Both the position numbers and the translations under genes were made by a program. Below, in pieces: positions 40,781-53,981 of a stretch of DNA of 64,000 nucleotides. The notes under the pieces are model-generated. The model was given only the letters and a program-made list of their open reading frames with translations, was not told where the DNA came from and did not search any database. Positions within the stretch are counted from its first letter, which is position 1. Every line of letters starts with the position of its first letter. The stretch lies in assembly GCF_006345805.1 (NCBI RefSeq), contig NC_043003.1, positions 55,614,001 to 55,678,000 of the forward strand. Reading direction: 5' to 3'. This DNA is from Octopus sinensis. Taxonomy: Eukaryota.

Positions 40781-41331
40781 GTTGTTGGCATCCCTTCTGT
40801 CTCGGGAGACAATGGTGTTGCGCATGTTTTTTTTTTTGTTTTTTTTTTGTAGTCTAGTCCGGCTTTTATATTTCATGTCCTGATACATTTCCTGCTGTGG
40901 CTGTGTAGTCCTATCCTGGACAAACACTCCCTCTGGCAGGTACCGCAAATGTAGCGAAGACTGTTCCTGGCTGGTTGTAGTGCCATAGTCTCTTGTTTAC
41001 GTCTCTTCCTTTCTTTCCTCTTTTCATTTCTCCTCTCTCTCTCTGTCACTCTTTTGTATTCCCTCTTTTACTGTACGTCGCTATTCTCCACGGTTGCCGG
41101 CAACTGCCTCCCAACCGCTAATATTGATGTTGCAGGCCTTCATATCCCTTTTGCAAACATCCCTGTAACGTAAGATCGGTCTACCCACAGACCTAGTACC
41201 CCTAGCAAGTAGAGTATGTCCTTGGGGATTCTGCCATCTTTCATACGGCTAACATGCCCAAGCCATCTCATACGTCTTTGTGTGAGAAGTGCAAACATGC
41301 TTGGTATTACTGCTTGCCTGAGGACATCTGG
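40781..41331 (-). mobile_element. RTE (BovB-like) LINE 3' end
   Basis: IPSMFALLTQRRMRWLGHVSRMKDGRIPKDILY; terminal knuckle CGTCQRECLSRIGLHSHSRKC; 3' UTR CCATTGTCTCCCGAGACAGAAGGGATGCC. Confidence 0.9.
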
Positions 41332-41592
41332 AGTATATATTAACAATAATTATAATGATAGAGAATATGGAGACTGGTACATCTCCATAATTTATTTCAT
41401 CTTATTCATATATTCACATCTTCCGTAAACACACAGTGTACATATGTATACTTTTAGGACATTCTTGTGCGTGTAGTACTTCAATTGATATCTACAAATG
41501 CGACAGTTGTTCTAGATATAGGTAAAAGTTTATATATATGTATATTTACATATTTCTGTATAAATACACATGTATACGCACACACAGACACA

Positions 41593-41678
<86 letters not shown>

Positions 41679-42269
41679 CATATATACATATACATATATT
41701 CTAAGACATACATTATATATGTGCGTGTGTGTGTTTGTTTGTGTGTGTGTGTGTTGTGTGTGTGTGTGTGTCTGTGTGTGTACAAACTAGGCCACCTACT
41801 CACCATTCAGTTCTCGAGTTAAGACCAACCAATTTAACCGGACATCGGTTAAATATCAGAACCAAGGACTCTTAGCAAAAGCAAAACAGAAATACTAAAT
41901 TCCTGTACTTGCTGACCTCTGTCAGACACTACAGCAATGTTGGGAGAAACCTTACACCTCTTCACCATCTTCCTTCGTGTCAGTAGTCGTTTGGTGAACC
42001 TCGCTAAACTTCCGGAGTGGCTTGTCAAAACAGAAACCTGGAAGTGACAATAATTAAATCAACTATGATAACTCAAGCTGTGCTCTCACTTTGAGACTGT
42101 GTTTTGATACCTCACCCGCTTTCTCGCTTGTCATTCTCTTTCTTTCCCTAATGTGTCTTTCTTTCTTTCTCTCATTTATCTATATTACATCGTGTTTTCT
42201 CATCCCATCGTTATTCTCCTATACATTCCCATACATCAGCTACATTCCTCTGTCCTTACGCTTTCTCTC

Positions 42270-42460
<191 letters not shown>

Positions 42461-42718
42461 CTGTCGGCATGTAAATATTGAAAGAACCTGCGAGGAAAAG
42501 GTTGGTGTAGCACGTGTGAGCGAAAGTCAGCTATTAGGAAGTAATTAATGATGCAGGGAAAGATAAAGAAAGAGAAAAAGGAAAAACATTTTTTTAAAAA
42601 TGTAGATAACTAACACTAAGCCATGTGTATTAGATATTTCTGACTGTAGTCATATTAAATAGGATTGTGTAATGGCAAATTAAATGCACACGCGCGTACA
42701 GACATATACACACACATA

Positions 42719-43426
42719 CGAGGTCTGGTCCATAAGTATTCGGCATGTTGCCAAAGTAACATAGCTAGAGCACGCACGGTAAATCCACGTGGCACAGATT
42801 GACCTTGAACACTGCTGTGTTCCGAAGGGTTTCAGAAGTCTTCAGCATCGCCGAAATAATGTCTATATTGACGAACGTTCTGGGAGACCCGCATCCAGCA
42901 AAAATGCGAAAATCATCGAAGATGTTCGTGAAGCCCTGTGGGGAAATCGTTGAATCACCATCCATGAGTTATCAGAGGATGTGAGGATTAGTTACGGTTC
43001 AGTTCAGTCCAGTATCACTAAAGATTTGGATATGAGACGCGTGTTTACCAAGTTTGTGCCAACACTGCTTTCAGCTGACCAAAATGACACCCGGGTTTCA
43101 GTTGCACAAGAACTCCTTGCTGTGTCAAGAACAATAAAAACTTTTTGAAAGCTTTGCGTAGGCTTCTGAGCAGGTGTCGCCAAGCTTTTGACAAAAATTT
43201 GATGTAGGCTCTCCGCTCAACTCTCTAGCTCCGTCATGGTCAAGGCGACGATCACACGCTACACACCTTACTTCCAAGCACTGATGTAAGAAGTGGAAGT
43301 GAGCTAGAACTTCAAAACTTAGTGCACATGCACAGCAATGGTCAAGGTTAATCTGTCAAGCAGCTTCACTCCGCATGATATAGCTTCGTTAATTTGGCAA
43401 GAGTCCGGATACGTTTTGGTCCGACG
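42719..43426 (+). mobile_element. Non-autonomous mariner derivative, same family as 3519-4046
   Basis: TA|CGAGGTCTGGTCCATAAGTATTCGG...CCGGATACGTTTTGGTCCGACG|TA. Plus-strand DERSGRP..ITIHELSEDVRISYGSVQS..DLDMRRV..KFVP.LLSADQ, followed by an inverted copy of the 5' end. Confidence 0.88.
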
Positions 43427-43634
43427 TATATCCAGGTTATAGATTTTCATTGCTCTCATCTTCACAGTCACAATGGACTAAGAAACAAGCAGATCTGCAT
43501 AGAAACCTAGAAATACGTGGTTTCCCACAAAAGAACAGATCGACCTGATCCGCAGACAGGGAAAGTGCCTAAAATGTTTTGGGGATTCTCCATTTGATGT
43601 TCTCGGTCAAGAATTTGGATAAAACAGTTGCTTC

Positions 43635-43730
43635 ATATTTATACTTATACCAAGCAGAAAGGAGCACTTGAAACAATTGACTGAAAACGTAAGCGAATCC
43701 ATAAATAAAATGAGATGGAAGCTATACAAT
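43635..43730 (+). pseudogene. Penelope-like (Naiad-type) ORF N-terminal remnant
   Basis: IPSRKEHLKQLTENVSESINKMRWKL resembles the recalled Naiad motif IP.PS..EY..QL..K.E..I.RMRWKA. Confidence 0.5.
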
Positions 43731-44562
43731 ATAGACTAGATATGCACGTGTGTATATAATAGTCAAAAAATTATACACACTTGAGTTCCGTTATGATAAT
43801 GAATGCCATTTTGTCCATACGCTCAGACATACAAACAACACGCACTCATTATGCATACATGAAACAATTCAATTAACCACAAGCCCCTAGAGATAACTTG
43901 TCTTGACATTTTGCTAGTGAGTAGCTGGAAATTCTCCAAGAGGAAATGTTTCAAAATAAATCTCAAGGATAGATTCCTACATGCATAGATCCCTACATGC
44001 CTACACACACAACCATATTTTTACTGTTATGTTTCTATGGGTGTGTGTGTGTTTGTATTTTTTGTTCGTGTAACATTTAACTCATGTTATATTCGTGCGC
44101 ACCGGTGACGTGAACAGGAATCTGAAACAAGCGTTGTTTGCTTAGGTCATAAATGTTTAGTCCAATCCATTGGTGCAAAAGCCAGTGTTCTGCTATGACG
44201 CAACACAGCAAATGACTCGATCGGGTCATCACATTTAACCAGACCACTTCTGCTCATGCACCGTTAGCTAATTGGCCTGTGCCACCAGTTTTCTAAGGAA
44301 TCAGTGATTTAGGTCGATGCTATGTTATCGAATGTCTCTGCTAAAATGCCGTGTCGTGGAGTATTTAAAACTGGAATTTTCGGTCGAGCAAAGTCAACCA
44401 ATACATACATCTCAGCAGCTTCCCTCCTACCACTAATAGTTGCTGCTGAAAAATACACCATTTTCTCTTTTCCCTCTGTTTTCTCGTTTTTGTTTTTTTG
44501 TTTCTTTTCTTTTCTTTGTCATTAACTGTCTATTGTCCCTGCTCTAATTTACCACAACAGCA

Positions 44563-45003
44563 GGAGTGGCTGTGTGTCAAGTAGCTTGCTTAGCAACCAC
44601 ATGTTTCCGGGTTCAGTCCCACTGCGTGGCACCCTAGGCAAGTGTATTCTGCTATAGCCTCGGGCCGACCAAAGCCTTGTGAGTATATTTGGTAGAGGGA
44701 AACTGAAAGAAGCCCATCGTGTATATATATATATATGTATGTATGTGTGTCTGTGTTTGTGTGTGTGTGTTTATGTATATATTTCTGTGTCTGTGTTTGT
44801 CTCCCTAACATCGCTTGACAACCGATGCTGGTGTTTTTACGTTCCCGTCACTTAGCGGTTCAGCATGAGAGTCCGATAGAATAAGTACTAGGCTTACAAA
44901 GAATAAGTCCTGGGGTCGATTTGCTCGACTAAACACGGTGCTCCAGCATGGCCGCTGTCAAATGACTCAAACAAATAAAAGAATATAAGAATAAAAGAAT
45001 AAC
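44563..45003 (+). mobile_element. SINE family A, full length
   Basis: GGAGTGGCTGTGTG..CCGGGTTCAGTCCCACTGCGTGGCACC.TAGGCAAGTG..CGGTGCTCCAGCATGGCCGCTGTCAAATGAC, then AAGAAT repeats. Confidence 0.92.
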
Positions 45004-45849
45004 TCTATATATTTTGAACAACGGAACGCGTATAGTGCAATCAGTATCAAGTTGGATGATCGTGAACGTGACATTCGAAAGCTAAATGTGAAATTCCAAC
45101 TGCAATAAGTTTGAATATCTCTTGCCTCTTAATATTGAGTATTCTGAACTCGCTTTACATATGACATTATACACGCGTGCACTCACGCACAGATATAAAT
45201 TAATGTTCAGCTGTTCCTGTGTACCCAAGTGAAAAACGATATATTCGTTTATTCCCACATCAGTCCTTATCTAGTCAATTTTCTTCAGTCAAGCTGATTG
45301 AAAGTTAAAATAAATGGTTAAGCTCACTGACCGCACATTTGTGGACTAGAAACGCCATAAGTTCGCATTATTTATAACATTACGAAAATATACTCAATGT
45401 TAACTTTGTAAAAAAAATATGCATCTCAGAATTTGGTTACAAATTACATTATTCTCAAGAATTGAATAGAGGATTACTAACAGATTCAGAAAGGAAACTA
45501 TGTTTTAAAATTCACCCCCGCTGCTTTGGTGTCATTGCATCTTATTTAATTTCTTTAAAAGTGTTTTAGAATACCTTCAAGTGTCGCCTATGGAAAGATA
45601 GATAAATTTCCTTCACCTGTTCCAAAATGCCGCTTGAAACCAGGCATGACTGTGGATTTAAGATTTTCGTTTCAAAGCTTTGTGATTGCTTGTTCGATCT
45701 AAGTGCGCAGCAGTTAGATCGAATTAGTATCTCACATCATAGCCCCGTATCCGCTAATCACTTCTATCGAGTATCTTCCACTATAGCGTCGTATCCCCTA
45801 CAGTTCTGCGAATAGAATTTGGTAGACATAAGGAAATTGTACAAATACC

Positions 45850-46520
45850 TCGAGATTTGGGGAATATTCTTGCTTTGCAGTCCTAAACTTCTGTCTGGTT
45901 TACACATCTACTTTGACCACTCTATATCTTTATCTAACTTCACATTTTTGCAAATACTCAAAACATGAGTCAAGTCTGAAAATTGATCTTCCTTTTCTGC
46001 TCAATCCACTAAACGAAGCCATACTTTTCACTCAATCTCTTGCCTTTTGCTTTCCTTCAGTTTGACAATATCATCATGTTGCATATGAACAACACTGTTA
46101 TCTGCATTTCTTTTCCCTGATTAATTTCATTGACGGTTTTATATGAAAATCTCGCAGTATATTAACCATGCTTAGTCTAACTGACAGCTACTGGCTGGTG
46201 GCAATATGATCCTTCATGTATTTTGAATTCAAATTTCTTACTTTCCTCCGATTTTAATCTCCTGTCTCTTGTATATTATTTCTACACTATTTGTGTGCCC
46301 TTTAGGGAGATTCACACTCAGCATGATTAATAGTTTTGCGATATATTTCCATACATCTAACACTTATTATCCTGCCTGGTTTCTGTCAATTTTTGTTTTA
46401 ACAAATCGCTTTTCCTTCTGAAGCTACGATAAGGGATTTCTGTTTCTCTCTTTAATCCGCCAGTGAAACCCACTTTATTTCTCAGGCTGCTTATTATTTT
46501 CTTTTGACAACATTCTCTTT
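45850..46520 (-). pseudogene. Highly decayed R4/Dong-like C-terminal region (CCHC knuckle / RLE)
   Basis: GLKRETE, SLIVA..KAI, NKIDRNQ, TINH in successive frames; many stops. Confidence 0.45.
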
Positions 46521-47122
46521 TTCTTTCCACATTTCCGCTTGTACATTTGATTCAAATATTTCATATATCTATAATTATTTCATTCTCTTCCAGTAAAATT
46601 GTACAAAGATCTCGATGTCCGCACAGTAAGAGTTATAATCACTTTGCTGTAACACATTTCAGTGAAAGTTATTAGCCCAAATTTCATTACGCAGAAATAT
46701 AAACTTAGATGATAAATTTTAGAGGAAATATGTGCATTGACGTAAATACGGTTTGCATGACATTTATTTAAAAATTTCACTATTATAGTATAGTATATCC
46801 ATAAATATTCGACATATTTATCTTACCAGCGGCAAAATTCACTGTTGTACTGGATGAATAATTTTATCTTTTATTTTAACCAACAAAAAGATGGTAGATG
46901 AAACTGCATTCAACATATAATAATACGTTCCTCTTACATATAACACTTACGCTAAAATTAAGGCTTGCTTAAATTCTTTGCTAGTTTTGTAACCGTCCCC
47001 ATTCTACTTATAGTCGCCATCAGAAATAAGTCAGAAACCTTATTTGTAGTTACTTGCATATGTTAAATATTATTAATATGAATACATTGACATTTTTTTT
47101 TCTTTTTTTATCAATTTTTCAG

Positions 47123-47224
47123 TTGGCAAATTGTTTATTACAGCGGGGCAGGGTACCATATCATGAAGTACTTGCTCCAAAACCGAGTGCTGAGCAAATT
47201 TGACTCTTCATCTAATTCCGATGG
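47123..47224 (+). CDS. Candidate internal exon (phase 2-2), unknown protein
   Basis: Strong acceptor TTTTTTTTCTTTTTTTATCAATTTTTCAG; open frame WQIVYYSGAGYHIMKYLLQNRVLSKFDSSSNSD; weak donor GG|GTGAAA. Confidence 0.25.
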
Positions 47225-48104
47225 GTGAAATATTACCAAAGCCGGGCATGTTATTGGCTATAATGAAACAACGTGAGGGCATATGTTGGGCTTCAATGCT
47301 CTGTTCGCTATGCCTTATAAGATAAAATTCCGTCACTGTTTACGGGAGTCGCGGATGGGTACACCATCCGTTCTAACACCAACATCTTGAAATTGGGTAA
47401 AAGGACTCGATGTTATTTGCCATTCCTTCCTGCTAGAATATCTATAAGTTAAATTACTTCAAAATTGTTTATAATATCGTATGTGACGTACCGAAACATA
47501 GAGAAAAATGTCACCAGTAATAAAGATTTGGACTATTATATATTTGGGAGGAAGCAAAACTGGTTGTCATCCTTCCATAGAAAAGTAAAACTAAGTGATC
47601 CGTATTTATGTATGTCATTATTCAGTTTATTTCAAAATTCCTTGCCAGTAGAGAAAGGAGCGTTTTCTAACCTAGATCCAAGGATCTTTCATTGCAATTT
47701 CAGCATCAACAACAGGGTGTTTTTATTAGTAAGGATGCATGAATGAATATATGTATGCATGTATATGTGTGTATGTATGTGTATATATGTGTGTGTTTCA
47801 ATGTGTGATATACCAACAGTAATGAAGAAGTGGGCAACAATATTTCTACTTGCGTCTTTCGATTTCCAGAGATTGGAACCTGACTCTGCCATTATTGAAA
47901 CGCTTCTTTTGCTTCTTTAATACGAGTAACATGTTTCAAGGAGAATCAGGCCACCAGGATTGAGTAGTTTCCTAGTGTGGTACCTACCATTAGCAAGGGT
48001 ATGTGTGAAGATGTATGAAGAAATATAAAGAATAGAATGCCTGAAGCGAAGACAAACGGCGCAGTCGGAGACATTTAAATGCGTCCTCTGCCACGAATCA
48101 ACAG

Positions 48105-48212
48105 CGAGAAGAGGAATTACTTTGCGTTGATAGAGGGCCTTACAATCTGTGAGCTTGCTGTACAAACGCATTCTGGTCACAATGCATTGCAGAACATCGT
48201 AGATGACTTAGG
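48105..48212 (+). CDS. Candidate internal exon (phase 2-2), unknown protein
   Basis: Weak acceptor AATCAACAG; open frame EKRNYFALIEGLTICELAVQTHSGHNALQNIVDDL; good donor GG|GTATGT. Confidence 0.2.
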
Positions 48213-49567
48213 GTATGTGAAATTGGGAACAAAATTCGTACTCCGTTGTTGACACACAATTAGAAGGTGAGAAGACTAGAAGACTGCTCTAAGCAGCTGG
48301 CAGCATTTGAGGCTAATGAATATGCATTCAATTCCGCGTTACTCGCGATAAAACGTCAACGTATCTTTATAATCATTAAACTTCTTCCCTGGCAATAAAA
48401 GTCAAGGGCTTTTATAGGACATAGCGAACGATAGATACATTTAGACTGTCAGAAGGCTTAAGGAAGCAAGATACAGAAGAAAAGTAATATTAGGCATTTT
48501 TTAAGATTTCTCTTCTGCCTCTTGCTTTTAATATTTCACGACACGTTTTGAATCTCTCACTACATTAACACGCTAGCCCAAATTTTATTAAACGTCTTAC
48601 ATTAAATAGTCTAACTTCTTATAATAGTTTTGAGGCCCTATCACAAATATTTACGTTTAATTTAGGTTCCGACATTTGATTTTCCACCACAGCTTCCTTT
48701 AAACGCAACATATACAATATATGCTATCTAACCGGCTAATGAATCTGCTGTTCATATACTTGCCGTCTAGATGCTGTTGCATTTAAAATCTGATGAATCA
48801 CTCTCGAACATCCACAAGCTACCGAATTCAGCGAGGAGTCATTGGATATATAAATATAATACGGTGTACATTGTTCCTAGAAGTATTATTGGGATAGTCT
48901 AACCTTCAACTATTTTTGGACATAGATTTCTACTCGGAGAGTGCAACGGCTTCGAGCTAAACAACAATAACATGTCAAATCCAACGGTTCTACTTCAGAC
49001 CCTAGAGAGTGATTGACTTAAACTTAACATGCTATATCTGTTTGTTCTGTAGTTTACTAACAGAAGTCTGTATTTATATCCCTGTATATTCTCTTTATTT
49101 AACGACGTGTAAATATAGGCCAAAATAAACAGGAAAGCACACACGCACAAACACACTCAATTATATTGGTGCACGAACAGTCTCTTTCTCGTATACTTAC
49201 ACAACATCTTCTCACATGTGGACAAGCTTGTAATAACATGCATTAGAATAAATGTCCCTGTTCAACCCCATAATTTAAATATATATTTTCGTACTTCGGT
49301 GCAAGAGTGCAAATGTTGTATGCAATTACATATATGAAGAAAAAGAAAATACTCTTACAGATTCACAAATCATAGCAGACTTCAGAACATTGGCTCACAA
49401 ATATACGAACGAACGAAAGGCTTTTATTATGACATCATATATCTCAAGTAGTAAATCTTATCTATTTGTATGTTCAGGTGTAAAGGAATCCATATATAAA
49501 TAAACAAATATCTTTCTCTCGTATCATGTGGGTATGATATATCAGCATGTATGTAGATATGTGTGTG

Positions 49568-50001
<434 letters not shown>

Positions 50002-50060
50002 GTGTGCGGGGGCTTTACCATACTGGAACACCAGCTTGAAGTATATGTGTGTGTATCATA

Positions 50061-50301
50061 TACTCTTTACTCTCTTTTACTCTTCTACTTGTTTCAGTCA
50101 TTTGACTGCAGCTATGCTGGAGCAACGTCTTCAGTCGAGCCTAGGACTTATTCTTTGTAAGCCTAGTACTTATTCTATCGGTTTCTTTTGCCGAACCGCT
50201 AGGTTACGGGGACGTAAACACACCAGCATCGGTTGCCAGGCGATGTGGGGGAGGGCCACAAACACAGAAACACAAACATATACACACACATACATACATA
50301 C

Positions 50302-50355
<54 letters not shown>

Positions 50356-50510
50356 TACGACGGGCTTCTTTCAGTTTCCGTCTACCAAATCCACTCACAA
50401 GGCTTTGGTCGGCCTGAGGCTATATTAGAAGACATTTGATCAAGGTGCCACGCAGTGGGACTGAACTCGGAACCATGTGGTTTGTAAGCAAGTTACCGCA
50501 CAACTACTCC
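50061..50510 (-). mobile_element. SINE family A, full length
   Basis: TACTTGTTTCAGTCATTTGAC..CTAGGACTTATTCTTTGTAAGCC..CAAGGTGCCACGCAGTGGGACTGAAC.CGGAACCATGTGG. Confidence 0.9.
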
Positions 50511-50514
50511 TTCT

Positions 50515-50553
<39 letters not shown>

Positions 50554-50671
50554 CGAATACACACACATACACTAACAAATACACACATGCAAACACACAC
50601 ACACATACACACACACACACACGTATACACAAGCATACGTACATCATGCTACTGCAAATTGTTTTAGGAGT

Positions 50672-52275
50672 GTATACCGGACGGAGTAAGTGAGTTTATG
50701 AATTCAAATGGATAGTTCTGAAATTCCTCTTCCTTATAGCAGGCCACTTTATCTGTGCTTAAGTACATTTTAAGTGCCTATTCATCTATTGTAAGCCAGT
50801 CAGAATTCTTAGGAGATAAACTTCCCGTTTTTCCATTTCTTCTGGCGTGCATTTGTTGTAAATTTCTGGAACAAGTGATGTTTGATAGCAGGAAGAAATA
50901 CGTACGTCAACAGTATGTAGTGGAACCTCTTGGAGGACACTGTTTAGGGAACCATTGTCAAGTAAAAATAGCCTCTTAGTAAATTCATGTTCATTAACAT
51001 CTGCCCTCATATTTAGAGTTAACCTAAAGTGATGAAAATGATGCCATAAATGTGATCTTTTAATGCATGAATCAATGATAGCTACTGGAGAAGCTCGGGG
51101 AACAAATGGAAGAGTTTGTCTGAAATCGCCCGCAAGTAGAATCATTTTTCCTCCAAAGACCGCATCGTTTCCCATTATGTCTTTTAGGCACCTATTTATG
51201 GCATTTAAAGCATAACTGGGAATAATTGCTGCTTCATCTACTATGAAAACTTGTATGCATCTAAGAGCGATAGCGTGTTCTGAATCTGGTGGTACATTGC
51301 AAGCACTATTTTCTGTAAGTGGCACTGCTAACTTAAAGATGCTGTGAATAGTTTTGCCATTTGTCAATAGTATTGTTGCATTGTGACTTTATTGTTAATT
51401 CTTTTTTGCCTTTGTTGCACATGTTCCATACTTATGTGCCAACTACGTTCTCCATTGGGAAATAGTATTGGATAAATCATAGGTTCTAAATGCTGCGAGA
51501 GATACGATATTTGTTGTTTTGTTCACCTCGTACAGTGATGAACTGGAGGTGCATCATCATCACCTACAAATACAGCTGCAATTTCATTATTAACAGGATT
51601 ATTGTATCTCCTAGCATGTGGGCCTGATATGAAATGCTGAGTTGCTTTCCTCGAATTAACATTTTCTATAGCTGCCCTTGTCACTGCTTGCTCTTCAACA
51701 GTGCGCATATTTAAATATGCTGCAGTATATGGATTATTCAGCCTGAGTGAAGAAATCCTTTCAATTACTGACTGCAGGCAATTAATATTTTCAGGCACTT
51801 CAGCTATTGTTCGTAAGGCTTCTTTAGAAACAGCAATATAGAGCTGAGCTTATCTTGTAAGTTCATTGTTGCCAGGATATAAGTTGCAAGTGGAAACAGT
51901 AGGGGCCACGACCAGGAGGTGATGTAACATTGGCTCAAATGAGGCGAATGAATACATTGGATTATAATTTCTGATGTTCTGTCAGCTCATTCCTTCAACG
52001 CCGGTATTCTCCAAAAGTTGTTTTAAATGGTCAACATATTCGTGTTTATTCGGCAAAGAAGCCTTACTATTGTGGCAACAATTAAATGTTTCCTGCGGAA
52101 ATCTACTTGTATGACAGAGCCGACATACTACGTTCATTTGAAAATTTTGTTTCTCTTTTATTATATTCCGCCTTGTTATTTGAGCTCTGTCTGTCATAAC
52201 ATAATTCTGTTTCAACTTCTTCCATATTCTCATCTTACTTGAACTCTGTTTCTCATATCTTGAAGGTAATTCTGC
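50672..52275 (-). mobile_element. Internally deleted Helitron (Zn-finger, Rep N-terminus, PIF1 helicase fragment)
   Basis: MNVVCRLC..F.QE..NCCH; RRYNNPVNNEIAAVFVG; EPMIYPILFPNGE..WH; helicase GKTIHS.FKL, IVDEA, LAGDFRQTLP, LTLNMR, ILSPKN, NYPFEFINSLTPSG. Confidence 0.92.
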
Positions 52276-52390
52276 CTTTCATAAGTATAAAATATATTAT
52301 ATATATATATCTATATTAATATATATATATATCCATATTTATATATATATATACATATATACATTTATACATATATATATATATATATAT

Positions 52391-53860
52391 GATTGATTGA
52401 TTGATTCTAGTTTCAGCTCATGAGCTGTGGCCATGCTGGGGCACCGCCATTTGGTGTTGCTACATGGTTTTACTTCACGAATGCCTTTTAGCAACTGCCA
52501 TTTGGTGCATGAAAGAGTTCGATGCAGCTGCCCTCATCTGCGCCTCCTGCCGTGAAGTTGGTTCATCTGGGATACCTGACAAGAAGAGATCCAGTTTCAT
52601 TTTAAAGACATCTGCATCCACCCCATGCAGGTCTCTTAGGTTCTTCGGGAGGATATTGAAGAGATGTGGGCCTCGGAAGCCCAGGCTATCACAGTATCTT
52701 GTCCTACATCTTGATGGCAAATTTGGAGTCCTAGGCACCACGCAGTGGCGCCCAGTTCTGGCATTTGTGTAACTCTCGATGCCAAAGGTTGGGACAAGTC
52801 CCTCCAGGATCTTCCAGATATATATTATGGCATATCTTTCTCGCCTACGCTCCAAGGAATAGAGTTTTAATCTCTTGAGTCTTTCCCAGTTGCTTATATT
52901 CTGCATAGAGGCTATCTACTTCGTGTAGCTACGTTGGATCGCCTCAAGTTCTGTGATCAACTTGACACTGGATGGTGACCATAGCTGAGAGCAATAGTCA
53001 ATGTGGCTTAGGACAAGTGTCCTCCAGAGGACCATCATGGTTTCTTGTTCTCTTGTTCTAAAGGTTCTGAGAATCCATCCGGCCAGTCGTCTACATTTCA
53101 TTGCCAATTTAGCAATATGTACACGAAAGGTTGCGTCATAACTCATGTAAATACCCAGGTCACGCACTGATTGTGCCTCTGGGATTGCAATTCCTCCGGG
53201 TCCAGTGTATTCATTGGGTATTGCATTTAGTTTTGCATGCTGATAGTATAAAGCTTGAAACTTTTCAGCATTGAACTGCATGCTATTCTTTTCAGCCCAC
53301 TTGTATATTTTGTCCAGCTCACATTGCAGGCGTTTAGTGTCCTCAGGGTTCTGTATTGCCTGTGAAACTTTTGTATCATCTGCATAACTTGTGATCGTGG
53401 CTCTCTGCGTGGCTGAGAGCATGTCTGAGAGGGCCATTATGAACAGTAGTGGTCCCAAAACAGTGCCCTGCGGAACACCGCTCACTATTTGCGTGTTAAT
53501 GGAAGTGGCCCCATTGGCTACCACCACCTGACTTCTATCTTTCAGAAAGTCATGAAGCCATTCTCCCAGTTTTCCAACTATGCTAAGATCACGCAGTTTC
53601 TGACATATCATTCCATGATCGACTTTATCAAAGGCCTTTGCAAAGTCGAGAAATATCACTTCCACATTTGAGTGGTTGAGCAGTCGTTTCAGCACCCAGT
53701 CATAGTGTTGTAGGAGCTGAGTTAAGCAGCTTCTTCCTGGTCGGAAACCATGTTGGGTGTCAGGCAGCAAGTCATTTTCTTCAAGGAAGGTGATCAGTTT
53801 CCTTCTGACTATTCGTTCCATGACCTTGCTGACGCGTGAGGTCAGAGAGATAGGTCTATA
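52391..53860 (-). mobile_element. 5'-truncated CR1-type LINE with nearly intact RT and 3' UTR
   Basis: YRPISLTS..KVMER, QHGFRPGRSCLTQL, FLDFAKAFDKVDH, SGVPQGTVLGPLLF, YADDTK, LYSLERRRER. One in-frame TAG at 52916-52918; (AATC)n tail; (TA)n on both sides. Confidence 0.95.
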
Positions 53861-53878
53861 TGTATATATGTGTATATA

Positions 53879-53981
<103 letters not shown>

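Noticed and set aside
44100-44230. Cluster of bZIP-like sites (TGACGTGA, ATGACGCAA, ATGACTC)
   Set aside because: Short motifs are expected by chance, and there is no conservation evidence
50786-51367. Host PIF1 helicase gene
   Set aside because: Intronless, lacks Walker A, and is collinear with Helitron Rep and Zn-finger remnants
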